From assembly GCA_050084985.1 (NCBI GenBank), contig JBITNC010000001.1:124992001-125056000 (forward strand): a DNA stretch of 64,000 nt, written 5' to 3'. Each line of letters begins with the position of its first letter. The stretch's first letter is position 1. This DNA comes from Nageia nagi (lineage: Eukaryota > Plantae > Pinophyta). The translations under genes and the position numbers were made by a program. The notes under the pieces were generated by a model, which did not search any database, had not been told where the DNA came from, and worked only from the letters and a program-made list of their open reading frames with translations. Below are positions 11,831 through 26,720 of this stretch, in pieces.

Positions 11831-14800
11831 TGATTTGTAATCACCAAATGCTTATAGCATACTCGGATCCTCACTTACATATTTGAAAAAAAATACATTC
11901 ACCATTATGAGATCATACAATTGCATATAAATTATAAAATTGCATAATGTAATTCATAAATTAGCAATCTAAAACACACAACAAGATCCACACAATGATT
12001 TTACCCTGGTTCACCCAATGTGGGCTAATCTAGGATGGAATTAGAGCCTTCTCTTCTCATTATCTATGGACATTACAATATTACATGTATAGAGAAATAC
12101 CATCAAACATAATGGCAATGCATTCTCCTATAATTATAGCAATCTCTATAGTAACAAGAAAATAATCTCAGAACTATAGAACTTTGGAATGACTCTTGGT
12201 CTTGCTTCAAATCCTACAATCCCAAAACACTAAACTCTCTAAAATTCTCATGTTGAATCAAGGAGTAGCATGCCCCTTAAATGAGCCTATAAATAACTTG
12301 GAAACATTGGCTATAGGCACTTCATCATCTCATCTTCCCAACACATCGATGTCCCTTTAAATTTCCTTACGAACTCATTAAGATGCACATCGTTAATGAC
12401 CTAAAATTAGTAATTTGCACACCATTGGAAACCTAAAATTGAATGCCAAATAACTTCAAATTTCAATATTTGATATATCTTCAAGCACATATATCTTTGG
12501 AATGAGTATTGCTCCTGAAAATACAACTTGACACATGATCCAATTCGAATCACACCTCCCGATTCGAGAAGCATTTGATCCCATAAATGTATAGATGAGG
12601 ATATAACTCCCCAACTCTTGAATTTTCCATCCACTTGGATTTATTAGGCTTCTTTCCTTTCAATCCATCCAACCGTAGCTCTATATCACCTCTTCTTATA
12701 CCATAAGCCTTCTTTTGTAATATGGAATCCTCCTTGAGTTCATCCATAGTATTAGGAGCTAAGTCATCAAGAGATGGAAAAATTTGATCTGAACTTGCTT
12801 CATATTTAGTCAACATAGATGCCCCATACAATTTCAAATGCTCAACATTCATAACTAAATAGATATTCATATATGCTGAAAGATCCAATCTAAAAGCATC
12901 CTCACTTAATTGCTCCATAATTTCAAATGGTCCATACCTTATAGGATTCAACTTCTTAGATGGTCCTTGCAACCTCTCCTTACTAAGATGCAACCAAACA
13001 TGGTCTTCCATATGAAACTTATGGTTAACTCTATGCTTGTCATGTCTCATGTTTTACTTGGCTTAGCTTGTCTCAAGTTGCTCTTGGACTTTCAAAATGA
13101 ATTTGCCTAATTTTCTCGACAAAATTTTCATCTTGCTTTTCCTCTTTTTGAAGTGAATCTTCTTCATTATTTGTTACCCAAACACACAATCAAAAGGTGA
13201 AGGTGGTAAATAACCAAAATAATTCTCAAAAAGACTCTTATTAATGGAAGAATGAATTGCCCTATTGTATGAATGTTTGATATATTCAAGATACTCATCT
13301 CAAGACTTAAGATAATTGCCATAATATCCCCTCAAGAGCTAAACTACTATCCTATTCACCACCTCAATTTGTCCATCCATTTGAGGAAGAAAGTTAGTAC
13401 TCCTCTTCAACCTTGTGTCCGTATTTTCACATAAACATGTCCAAAACTTGCCCCAAAATCTACTATCTCTCTCTAAATAATGGAATTAGGCAATCCAAAA
13501 TGAACCCAGACATGAGAAAAGAATAAATTTGTAGCATCATGTCTTGTTATAGTATTTTTACATGGAATCAAAACACACATCTTGCTAAATATATCCATAA
13601 CAATAAATAAATAATCATGATCCTTCTTAGTCATAGGAAATCCTCCCACAAAATCCATTGAAATACACTCCCATGGATGTGAAGGTACTGGAAGTGGTTG
13701 ATACAAACCCAATTTTCTATTACTTGGCTTGCTAGTACAACACAAAGAATACCCCCTTATGTACTTGGAAACTTGATCTTGCATCTTTGGCCAATATACA
13801 TACCATTGCAAATTGTACAATATCTTTCCAACTCCAAAGTGTCCTGTAATATTTGAAGTATGTGCTTCTCTAATCAATCCAATCCTTTCACCTACAGGTA
13901 CACATAATGCATTAAAATGATAAAAAAGTCCATTTTGCAAATGAAATTCATCCAAACCCTCATACTTGGATCTAGATGAAGACAACTACTCATACACCTC
14001 TCCAAAGTCAGTATCCTGCACATATGCCTCTAAAAATAACTCAGATAGAAAAGGAAGAAATTTTAGCACTGAGAGGGAACTCATTGGACCCTATTTGTAT
14101 GCTGCTAATGAACCAAATTAGTACTGCACACAATGATGACATAGAATATGTAGTTACAGGTGGTCTATAAAGCATGTCAGCAACCTTATTCTATGTTCTT
14201 TTCTTATACTTGATCACTATATGAAATTATTGCAGAAAAATCATCCATCTATAGTGTCTAGTCTGTTGCAATTTTGATTGAGTTTGTAAATACTTTAATG
14301 ATTGATGATCAGTATGAATGATTTTTGCTTTTCCCATTAAGTAATGTTATCACTTTTTAACATCTTGAACCAATGCATAAATTTCCTTATCATAAGTAGG
14401 ATAATTCAAAATAGCCCCACTAAAATTTTCAGAATGATAGCAAATTGATTTCCCTTCTTCTAACAAAATAGTTCCCATGGCATAGTCACTTGCATCAGTC
14501 TCCACTTCAAAAGGCTTTGAAAAATAGGAAGTGCTAGCATAGGTGCACTAATAATCTTTTGCTTCAAAGTATCAAAAGATGTTTGTTTTTATTTTTCCCA
14601 TTGAAAAACTTGCCTCTTTTGTATGAGAAAATCAATAATTAGCTTTCTCAATATTGGAAAGCACCTAAGAAAATTCTTAAATATTGGAAAGCACCTAATA
14701 AAATTCTTACTTTAGTGACATTAGATGGCCTTGGCCAATCTACTATAACACTTACTTACTAGGATCTATCTTAAGTTGTCCATGACCAATAACATAGCCC

Positions 14801-17800
14801 AAATACACCAAAGACTCTTTCCTAAACTCACATTTTGAATGTTTCAATAACAAATTATCCCTATGAAAAGCTTGAAACACTTGTCTAAGATGTACAACAT
14901 ATTCCTCTGAAGTAGAATGATAAATAAGAATATCATCAAAGTATACAACAATAAAGAATCAATAAATAGATAAAGTACATCATTCATTACCCTCATAAAA
15001 GTGGTTGGTGCATTGCATAAACCAAATGGCAAAATAATCCACTAAAATCGGCCTTGTCTTATCTTGAAATCAATCTTCCAAATATCCTCCTCCTTGATTA
15101 TAACTTGATGATATCCACTTCTTAAGTCCATTTTTGTGAAGAATCTTTCCCTTGCAATTAATCCAAGAGATCATCCATTTGAGGCAAAGGATAGCAGATT
15201 TTTGATGGTGATTTTTTTTAGTGCTTTATATTCAATGCACATTCTCCAAGTTTGATCCTTCTTGGGAACTAAAATAATAGGTGATCCATATGGAGATGTG
15301 CTTGATCTAATCACACCTTGATCAACCAACTCCTAAATATGCCTACTTACCTCCCCTTTCTCCAAAATTGATTATCGATACAAAGCTATGTTGGGTAATG
15401 AAGCATTAGGTAACAACTAAATATCATTTTATATATCTTACATAGGAGGTAGTCCCTATGCCTTTCCAAATAAGTTAGTAAACTCCGAACCAAATTCTGC
15501 ATCTATTCCTCTCTATTGCACATCATTAATGGCCTACAGTCAGTATTACACATTGTTGACAGCATGAGATTCACTTCACTCGAGGCTCTTATTTTCACCA
15601 TGATCAAAATAAACTTTTTATATGTATTTACAAGATGTTTTACCTGATTTGCAGTGAACAAAGGTGGCTTTTCTACTTTTATGTGCACTAGATATAAATA
15701 CCTTTCTATCTTTCACCAATTGTAATTTGTTCAATATTCTATAATAGATACCATCTCTATCCCACATATAAGGGTTACCAAGAATAACACCATAAATGTC
15801 TAAAGGAACAACATCAAACACAACTTCATCAATGCATTTTGCACAAATAGCAAATTTCAACTTACATTATTTAGTGACTTGCAAACTAGCATTGCGATGC
15901 ACCCAACCCAAAGGATATGGATTTGGATAGTAGAAAGTTTTCAATCCCAAATTACTTACCATAGTCTTTGAAATCAAATTTGCTTGAGAACCCAAATCAA
16001 TAATGCAATTTACTTTGGTTTTCTTAATTTAGATTTTGAGGTGGAATAACTGAATCCTTTATTCTTCAATGTCTTAAGGTTCTTCAACATTTTGAATGGT
16101 TGAACGATTTATTTTCTCATCAACATCTAAACTTCCCTTAATATCATCACATCTAATAACCATAGCATTAGTTTTTCCTTATTTTATGCTTATATGGACT
16201 TAATTTTGGATGTAATTTCTAACATTTATCATCAATATGACCATCTTTATCACAATGATATAATGCCTATTATCACCTTCTTTCTTTAAAATATTAATGA
16301 TCTTTGTTTCTTGCTTACCTTTTCCTTTTTCTTTAGATTTACCCTTCTTTTGTCCTCCCCTTGAATTAGAAGCCTTCTTGAATTCATCATAGTGTCTCTT
16401 TACTTTACCATCCTCCTCTAAGTATTATGCTTATAGGCATACTTTATCAAGATTAGTAGGATTAAACAACATGATAATCTTTTACAAATGCCTATGTAAA
16501 CCTCAATGTACTTAATTAAAGTTTGAGGATCTTTTAGTGAAACCCCATGCAAAGTATCTCATTCCTTAAATTTTTAGTATATTCTTAAATATTTTCCCTC
16601 TTTTTTTATCTAAAAAATTATCATTTCATCATTTGTTTATTATGATGTTCCAATGGATAGAATTGATCTCTTAACAACACTTTAAATTCATTCCAAGAAG
16701 ATATTTCTGACAAGTGTTCATGATTAAAAGTTTCTATATGGCTTTCCTGCCAAACTAAAGCATGTCCACTCATCTTTACTCTAGCAAAAGAGATTTATCA
16801 ACATCACTTCCAACACAATGAATTTGGAAATACACTTCCAATTGTTCACCTTTTTCAAATCAACCTCTCATCCAAAAGTAGGAATGTCCACTTTGTCCTC
16901 CACCTTGAATGGAACTTGATTTGATGAATATGATGAATCAGGTCTCCCAACTACATCATGATATCTCTTATTAACATTTGCATTTGCTCCAGTAGTTAAC
17001 AACTCAGCCAAATGAGCTAAATGATTCTCTATTACCAAAAATCTCCTTTCAAAATCAACATAAGTTATGGTAAGAACAATAGACTATTGCTCCTTTGCAT
17101 TATCCATTTCAATCCCTCTGCCCCTTCGACCAATCTCAAGATCTAATTGAATTAATTATGATGTATAAGATCTCCTCCAAACATCAAAAGGCACACTATT
17201 GGTGCCTTGAAATACCTAAAATTATGGCCCCAAATTTTACACACACAAGCTCTGATACCATGTTATCTATAATCGCTAGATGCTTATAACATACTCGGAT
17301 CCACACTTATAGATTTGAATGAAAATACATTCACCATTATGATATCATACAATTGCATATAAATTCAAAATTTATACAATGTAATTCATAAATTAGCAAT
17401 CTCAAACACACAACAAGATCAACACAATGATTTTACTCTGGTTCATCCAATGTAGGCTAATCCAGCATGGAATTGAAGCCTTCTCTTCTTATTTTCTATG
17501 GACATTACAATATTACATGTATAGAGAAATACCATCGAATATAATGGCAATACATTCTCCTATAATTACAATAATCTCCTACAATAAGAAGAAAATAATC
17601 TTAGAACTATAGAACTCTAGAATGACTCTTAGTTTTCCTTTAAATTGTAGAATCCCAAAATACTAAACTCTCCAAAATTCTCATATCAAATCAAAGAGTA
17701 TCATACCCCTTAAATAAGCCTAGAAATGCCTTGGAAATGTTAGCTATAGGCATTGAATCATATTATATGCCCAACTACTAACTCGTCAAGATGCACATTG

Positions 17801-17959
17801 TAAACAATCTAAAATCAGTAATTTGCATGTTGATGGTGGCCTAAAACTGAATGCTAAACAACTCTAGATTTCAATATTTGTCTGTCTCCAAGTACATATA
17901 CCTCTAGAATGAGTATTGCTCCTAAAAAGACAACCTGACACATGATCCAATTCAAATCA
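11831..17959 (-). mobile_element. Full-length but decayed Ty3/gypsy LTR retrotransposon with both LTRs, PBS, PPT and 5-bp TSD
   Basis: LTRs at 11831-12552 and about 17263-17959; element ends TGATTT...AAATCA. TSD TAATG at 11826-11830 and 17960-17964. PBS TGGTATCAGAGC (tRNA-iMet) on the minus strand at 17249-17260; PPT GGGAGGTG next to 12553. Minus ORFs show RT (PFGLCNAPTTFMRVMN) and integrase (GHFGVGK..PWECISMDFV) motifs. Confidence 0.93.
17249..17260 (-). promoter_or_regulatory. Primer-binding site (initiator tRNA-Met)
   Basis: GCTCTGATACCA on the + strand equals TGGTATCAGAGC on the - strand, adjacent to the 5' LTR. Confidence 0.9.
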
Positions 17960-18699
17960 TAATGTAACATCTACAAGTTTCTTCCTATGTTTGCTTTTTA
18001 ACATTTGAACTATCTTTAGATCCATGGGAATAGAGAGATTTTGTCTACTTTGCTCATACCTTGCATTCATGGCATTACATTTTAAAGAAGCATTCACAAA
18101 ACCTTTATATGCATTTGTCCTATGTGTATCTGGTGGTTATTATGTCCTTTAGTCTACACTTTGATGAGTTTAAAGATTTTAAGGACTTACAATAAGCTTC
18201 TTCTACATTATTACACCCTTAAAACTATATTTGATGAGGTATTTTGGATCATGCTTTGATAAGCCATTTGTTAAACATCACACTAGCCCTTCCGACCTAT
18301 CCATCCTATACACATATTGTGTTTTGAGAAGTTTGCATTTCAATGAAATATTTATAGACTCATTTAAGGTATTTTTCTTATGTATTTCTTACATCTAATG
18401 CACTAGTAAAATTGCATTTCATCAAGGCATTTTCACTATTCTTTAGTGCTTATATTTACTGTGCAAATTTTGTGCTCATAGAACTTGTGAAATCTCATTT
18501 TGTTGAGCCATTTTATCTACACACCTTAGCATTTTGAAGAGTTCATTTTTAAAGTATTAGTCCTATATATTTTTCTCCTTCTGATAGCTCTTCGCTAAGG
18601 CATTTTGTCAAATACTTCATATGCCCTTCCAACATACCCACTTGTATGAAGATTACACTTGATGCAATCAACTCATAGTACCCTCAAACCTATTCATTT

Positions 18700-18995
18700 T
18701 GGGTATGTCCTATGATTATTACCGACCCTAAGACCCCATTTTGATGAAACATTTTGTCAAGTAATTCACAAGCCCTTCAACATACCTATTTTGGGCATTG
18801 TTTTGTGATCATTATCGGCCCTAAGACCTCATTTCAATGAAGCATTTTTCTAAACAATTCACAAGCCCCTTAAACATATCTATTTTGGGCATTATCCTGT
18901 GATCATTACCAACTCTGAGACCTCATTTTGATGAAGCATTTTGTCAAACAATTGATAATTCCCTTCAACATATTTGTTTTGGGCATATTCTATGG
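18700..18995. repeat. Degenerate tandem repeat, unit about 94 bp, at least 3 copies (weaker copies from about 18000 to 19200)
   Basis: tgatYatta..ccctaagaccYcattttgatgaagcattttgtcaaacaattcacaagcccttcaacata..tattttgggcat recurs near 18713, 18806 and 18900. Confidence 0.75.
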
Positions 18996-21789
18996 TCAAT
19001 TCAATCCATGAGTCTAAATTCTACAAGGTTGTATGTCAATTAATTCATAGAGCTTTTCGATGCATCCATTTAGTGCCTATTCAATATATCTGTAAGGCAA
19101 TTGTTAAATGATTCAAAGGTCTTTTCAATACGAGTATACCATAAATCATTTTAAACCTTGAGATTACGTTTATTGAGACATTGGGACAAATAATTAGCAA
19201 TTGTGATGGATCCACACATATCCTATTTATTTTAGAAAGAGTAAAGATTAAAATATAATTAAAGTAGGATTTTTTAATAATGGTAGAAATTACTTTTAAG
19301 TTTAATTTGAAAATAAATGATTGGGTATTCTAGAATGAGACTCATATAAGGGATTCATTAAATATTAATAATAATTAAGTAAAGAGTATGTCTAATTATT
19401 TGTATTTAAGGGATCATGGAATGTTATTCAAAATTGTTGAATTATGACTAAGTTGTGAAATACATCATTAGATAGTTCTAGAGGGAACATAAACCTCCTA
19501 ACGTCCATAACCACGGTATTTGAATTGTTGGAATGAATTATTATGCATAATATGCATTTTGGTCAAAAAGGGGGGGGAATTGTCTTGATCCTCCATACTC
19601 AAAAGCCTTTCTTAGTTCTCGTAACCAATGAGTCTTGGATCCTCAGGAAGGAACATGGAAGGTGAATATAGCAAGGAGTTACATCAAGGATGAATATATA
19701 AAGGAGACCTATGATATATCTACAAAATGAAGATGTAAAATCATTGATTATCATGAAGAGATCCATATAATGTCCTATATATGGTGATGTACAAATTAGG
19801 GTGGTTCTCGCTCTTGATAGTTGCTATCATCATAGAATACATTAGTGTATGGAATAGAGCTATTATCCATGGATGTATAGTTAACTACAAAATTTATGTA
19901 AGTGTTAATTAAGGTATCAAGAAAGATAACCTGGTGTCATATGTAACTTATTGGTGATCATCCAAGAAGTGTGTATGATTTGTTTCAACCTATGATATGC
20001 TCTTAAATGTATGGCTTATGAGAACATCAATGTTGTCATGGGAAGTTAATAGGTAATGAAATAAGAACCCTACATGTACTCATATGAAAATAAATAATTT
20101 GCAACATGAAAATAACACTACACTCTCTAACATATTATGAATACAAGGGTATGGAATGATGCCATTGATACCAAGATAGTTGTAAGTAGATGTAATAAAT
20201 AATAATATAGGTATCAAAAAGGATAACCCAGTGTCCTTAAGTAGCCCTTGTGATAGTTTGAAAAATATGATTTAACCTATAATATATGGTAAATTTAATC
20301 TCTATAAAGGTACATACTCAATGACATACTTGAAAATAGGAAGATTATCATAATCATATGGTTAGGTTGAATGTTGAGTTGAACACATTCTTAGATACAA
20401 GGCATGGAATATAAAATAATAAGGGTATCCTAATGGAAATGAACATTAAAAATGATGATGAAGAAGATCTATACATCCTTGTAAAAAAATAATTCTCTTA
20501 AGTGATATAAAGTCATAGTACCTGACACAAGTTAAAACATTAGGTTTTTAGATGATCTTTAAGGAAACCTAAATTAGGTGATAAAACACTAAATGGTGAA
20601 TGAAAGGGTAATGTAGACTTCATTAAATTTGATCCAAATTCTACAATAAAATGAGATAAAAATTATGGATTATCTAATAAAAATAAATAAACAAATAAAC
20701 ATCTTAGTCAAACTTTGGAAGTTTGCTAACGATAAACCAAAATAATATTCCATGAGTATGTTATACTCTATGTCGCACTTCCTTATTAGAAATAGTCATC
20801 CTTAGCAATAAATCAAGTCTTGTTATTATTCTTTAGCAAGTGGTGTACTTTTAAATCAATGTTCTTTGCGTTGCATTATGAATATAGGACAATTATAGTA
20901 AGGTACTATTGAGTATTCTTTGGTAGCTTCTTGATCAAGCTTGTATGAAACTTCTTACATACATTTGATGAATTTATTACTTTTTTATCAAATATGTTTT
21001 AAAATGTGAAAGTTGGTTTGTTTACCATGAATTATATTATAGTAACATCTAATACTTGATACAAGCATGAAACCTATAAAACCTAATAATTGATTCGAGA
21101 TAAATTATTTCTATGATTGATAGAACATGGGGCAATTTATTTTTATAACCTTATTTAAAAACTTATTAGACAATACAAAGCACTCAAGGGTATTATTCCA
21201 ATACCCATAGCTCCCAAGATATGGGCATGGGGATGCCAAACTCCATGGTGAGCCTAGCTAATAAATATGGTTAGGCTAGTGTCTCATATCCTCGATAGTT
21301 CATTAGATGAGGATAAAAGTTAATAAAACTATGGTTATATGATGAGGGTAACGAGTATTCATACTACCTACAATTAGCAAATAGGAGTATGATGACTATT
21401 CCATAGGTGATTATGCTTACCTATTTCTCATAGGATATTACCTAGGAAAATCTATCTACACCTATGAAATGAAGGGTTACATTGAAAAGATGTATAACCT
21501 AGTGGATGAGGGTTCTCTCGGATGGTATGGGCCCTAAGTAGGAAATCACTACGTCATGACTAAAATTTCTATCACACAATTTGTGAGCAAAATTGGTGGG
21601 GTCAATTATGTGGCATATTCCATCAGGATGAGCATTGAGAAGTGAACACCATAAGGATTATGATCATGATTGACTAATCCAGATTTGGTCAATCTTACCA
21701 TGTGAGTGCTGACTAGCTAGCAATGTTGATATGCTCGTATGGATATTCTTGTCCACTCATAGACCATTTGAATGTTTAAACTTAACATA

Positions 21790-24700
21790 AAAAAATAGGT
21801 CTAAAATTTTAGGGTTTGTGAAGTCGGGAATAAGGTAGTAGCGTTATAGACAAAAGTGTATTCATGCATGTTTTGATCAAATGTGGTAGCCAAGGTGGAT
21901 GACCCAAATTTTAGGATTAATTTTATGCTTGTTCAAGCCATATTTTGACTCTTAGTGGTACATCCAACCTTTAGGCCATTTTTTGTGTATTTTGGGAGTA
22001 TTGTGTAGTATTTTTAGCATTCAAATTTATGTTGCCAATTTCAAATAAATAAATTTTTTGTATTATGAATAAATTTGCTAATTTGTATAATTTTTTGGAT
22101 TCATTTTGTAGTAATTATTTAGATTTGAGATTCAAGGCATAGATTGAGTAAATTTGGCATTAGATCTAGTATTGTATCGAGTATCTAATTATTATTGTAA
22201 TAGAATTAGTATTTTACTTTAATATTTATGTTTTTCCTAGTTGGTTCACTATAATGGTATCAAAACCTAGATCTTGTCAATTTATGAGATGAGTTGATGA
22301 GTAGCAATACTCATCATTATAATTTGGGAATTGTGAGAAGAAGATAAGGGTTTATTCAATCAAACCCTAACTATACATGACATCCACCATTCAAAATGGT
22401 TTAAATGAAGATAGACGTACATAAATTATTAAGGAAATAAATGAACTAATAAATAAGAAAAGGGGGATCACTAGTGATGAAAAGTTAGCCAAAGTAATGG
22501 AGGATTCATTGGTTGGTGCACTTTATGAGGAATCCTTTGTATAATATGTTGACTAAGATGGAGAGATCCCTCTATCTAATGAATGAGAAGTAGGACACTC
22601 AACCACAACAAGGACAAAGGACCTCAACAACAACCTAATTTTGCTCCACACATAATCAATGATACTCAAGGAGAGAGATCTACACAAGGTGGAAATACTT
22701 ATGGTGGGAATGCCCAAATAGAAAGTGTTAGGGCATCAAGGTTATGGAGACCAACCAGATCCATGTTTATTCAGCCTCGAGTTAAAGTTGTTGATCATGT
22801 TATGAGTGATCAAGAGGTAGAAGCCCATTTTCAACAATATTTAGCCAAATTTGATATTTTTAAAGATTCAATCCCTTTTAATGTATATTTGGAAATCTTA
22901 AAAAAAGGTTTCCTAGGACATCACATGGTAACCAAGGAGGTGATAGTATGAGACTTCTTCAACATAAGTTAAGTAAAATTCCAATTCCTATGTTTGAAGG
23001 TGATAATAAAATTTTAATCAGGGCATGTTTACTCAAAATATAAACTTACCTCACTCATAGTCCCATGGTTGAGGAGGAAGTAGTACACTTTGCATCGCTA
23101 CATCTTGAGGGTGTGGCATATGATTGGTGGCATCATGGCTATGTCACAAAAGGCCATTGATCCATAGTTTCATTTTAAGAGTTTAACCAAAAGATCTTGG
23201 ATCAATTTGAGAGAAAATATGATAATGATTATTTTAGTGAGTTGGTTGCAATAAATAGATGAATTCAGTAGAAAGCTACATTGAAATATTTTAAAGGATT
23301 TCTATTATGGTTCTTGATATTGCAGAAGATAGAGTTATTAACCTCTTTATAAATGGAATTTTTGATTCCATGAGAGGTTTCGTGAGGGTATTCAAGCCAC
23401 CAACACTTGAAGATGTTATTGGAAGAGAATTGGATCTTGAGCCATTCATGAGCAACTATAAATCTAGGGTCCCAACATCTAGATTTGGACAACCATTTAA
23501 ATTTGAATCTTCAAAGCCATTTCAAAAAGAATAATAGCCATGGAAACGGCTAAATTAGAACCAAAATCAAATATTTTAGCCTTAAAAAAATCAAAATGAG
23601 CAAAGTACCTCAAGAGGAAGAATGTATGATGTTGTCAAAAAATAATTAATGAGGAAAGGTTTGTGTTTCTCTTGTAAATAATGTTGGGAATCAAGTCATA
23701 AATGCATGGGTAAATGGTTGGTTCATTTAGTAGAGGTAATTTATAATAAAGAAGAACCTAAAAGGAATAAAATCAACTAATAATTATTAAGTTTAAAAAA
23801 TTAGAAATGGAATAATCATTGCAACAATCTTCACAGATTGATGATGAAAGTGAATTGACCACAATAATAGGTGCATTCAAGTATAGGGCTCTTAAGGTAC
23901 AAGGCACAATTGAGGAAGAAAATATGTTGGTGTTGATTGATGGAGGAGCCATACATAATTTTATTGATGTTGATTTTGTGGAATAAAAGGGATTAAAAAA
24001 AATTGGTTTTAAGGCGATAAATGTAAATGGACATATTTTTATTTGTGATCAAGTGGTGCTACAATTAAAACTTAGCTTTAGAGGTTATTTTGTAGTTTAT
24101 GAATTTTATGTCTTCTTCATGGGGAATATTCCTCAATTTATTATGGGACTTCAATGGTTATACTCTTTAGGATGGATATATATTAGCTACTAAATGTTGG
24201 AATTTCAATTTAGATCCAATGGGAAGTTGTTACCCTAAAAGGTATAAAAGATCGCTATCCAAAACAAGCAACAACCAATAGAATGGAAGTGATCACCAAA
24301 GGATTATATTTAACTGAGAAAAGAGTCCTAGGAATTGATGAAAAAGATGATGTTTTTTAGTAAGTGACTACAAAAGATTGTTGTTTTAGTTTTGTTGATT
24401 TTATGATAGTTGATTTTTTGAACAAAGTAAAAAAATTTGATATTCATATTTAACTAGCTATTGAGACTATAAAGAAGCAGTTGGTAAGGAAGGTTATGTT
24501 TAAGTACTTGACTTAGTGAAAGGGTGTGATGACCCAAAATAGGGGTATCTTAATTTATACTAAATTACTCAAATTCAAACATGCTTATCTTCCAAATTAT
24601 TTAATTAAATCATATTTGAGATAAATACTAAAATATGCATATAATTCACCATAAAATATTTATTCTATCTTAACTCATTCATTCAACCATGCATGGATAT

Positions 24701-26720
24701 CTCACAAACTCAAATAATGCCCTAGGAGTGAGACATCCTCCTTAAGGAGGTGAAATAGCCAAATCTAGAGCACAAATAAGCGAGATAAATAATTTTTTTA
24801 ATTTTATGAATAAGAAATGAGAGAAGTGTAAGCCTCAAAGTGCCTTATAAATATGATGTCCCTTCAAGGGGCTCTATCAACCACTTCAATTGCAAATCTA
24901 GATTCAAATTATTTCTCTATAGCTAGATATCCACTATTAAGGTCTCTCAATAACAAAATATGAAGCACCAAGGCTTCTATAAGTATATCTTAATAATAAT
25001 ATGAGCTCCAAGGATTAGTAGGAAAAAGGGGTACCAGGGCCACATAGTAGTGTTGGCTATAATAAGCTTGAGGATGCCAACCTCCAGATCTCCCTTACGA
25101 ATAAGAGGTTATGGGGAGCAAGATCACATTGAGAAACTATCCTATAGGAAATTGTACCTTAAAATAAGGCATCTCCCACCTTTTATAGTTGATTTGGTCT
25201 TTTCCCTTATTGGTTGGCTGACCCATTCCAAACTTAATTACCAAATACTCCTAAATTACAAATTACAACTTTACATGGGGCATCCCACTTTGGATGATAA
25301 ATTATAACCCCAAAATATAAATTTAAGTCTAAATGACTTAATAAAATAATAAATACTCATAATTTGCTAAACATCACTCTAAATGCCCCTGTAAGAGGGA
25401 TGTCCCACCTTGAGTGCTCAATTAAGCATTTTTGCATCCAAATTGAAACATTCATCTCCATATGGCCATATATTACTAAAATATTTAGAAATTAAGATAA
25501 ATGAAAAAGATTCATCCAAAGGAGGTGTGTCCCACTGCATGAGCTAAAATAAGATTTTGATAAAATGATCATAACCTAGGATCTGCCATTTTGGGTCATT
25601 ACAAAGGGATTACTAGATAAAATTTAAATTACTTGAGGATAAGCAATTTTGGGAGAGGCGATATTGTAATGTCCCCATTTTTGCTCAACCTTGTATATAT
25701 TATAATAATTCATCTAAGTATTGGATGCTCGTCCTTTGGAAGGAGATAATAGTATTTAGTATGTTTAGTTATATTTTAATATGTTTAGTAATGTTATAGT
25801 ATGGTCAAATTTTGTTTTATTTTAATAAAGCAAGATAGGAGAGTTAGTGGGATATTTAGAAATTACAAATAAAATATTATATATTATAAAGTGTCTTTAG
25901 CATTAGTGATTTATTTCAGCATATGCTTAAAAAGTCTTTTTAAGTTATTATGGGTCATCCACAAGTGAGTCATTGGCATCCAAGGAAGGAGATTAATCCT
26001 TTAATTTGGAGCATTGGATAGAGGGAATATTTTGAGAAACTCTAACATGGAGCTTTATCTATATGAAAAGGAGGATTATCATTTGAAAGAATATGTTGAT
26101 GAATTTGGATATTATTTGAAAGTATTGCTAAAGAAATTTCTTCTTTTTATGGAGGGACAACCTCTCAGTTATCAACTTAAGGAATGATTAGCCTTAAGTT
26201 CTTATGGTAAATTCATCTAGGATTTACATTTTTACTTTATTGAATTTCTTGCAATAGTTTTAAGGGTTTGAAATCCTAGTTTGATGCATTAGTTAGATTG
26301 AAGGAGCTAAAAGTGGATTCATGCATGTTTTTATTAGATTTGGTAGCCAAGGTGGATTACACCATCTTTGGGACTATTTTATGCTTATTCAAGCCAAATT
26401 TAGACTCCTAGTAGGATGTCCAACATCCAGGCCATTTGTTGTACATTTTGGGAGCATTATCTAGTATTTGTAGTATTCAAATTTATGTTGCTAATTGCAA
26501 ATAAATAAAATTTCAGTATTATGAATATATCTTCCAATTTGTATGATTTTTTAAGTTCATTTTTTTAGTAATTATTCATATACAAGATCTAGGGCATAGA
26601 TGGAGTAGATTTGGTATCTTTATAGTCGATTTGGTATTGTATTGAATGGATTTGATTATCGTTGTAATGGATTTAGCATTTTTCTTTAATATTTCTATTG
26701 TTCCTATTTAGCTCACTACA
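21790..26720 (+). mobile_element. Internally deleted / non-autonomous gypsy-type element (LTR-PBS-gag-protease-chromodomain remnant-PPT-LTR; no RT or IN)
   Basis: 21790-22253 is homologous to about 26260-26720. PBS TGGTATCAAA at 22255. Gag LHLEGVAYDWW; Zn knuckle GLCFSCK*CWESSHKC near 23660; protease VLIDGGAIHNFID at 23930; YLT**KGL chromodomain-like remnant near 24500. PPT GGGAGAGG at 25651; 3' LTR TGTAATG...CACTACA at 25665-26720. Confidence 0.8.
24525..25603. mobile_element. Solo LTR with TSD AAGGG
   Basis: Inverted termini TGTGATGACCCAAAAT...ATTTTGGGTCATTACA; AAGGG at 24520-24524 and 25604-25608. Confidence 0.92.
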
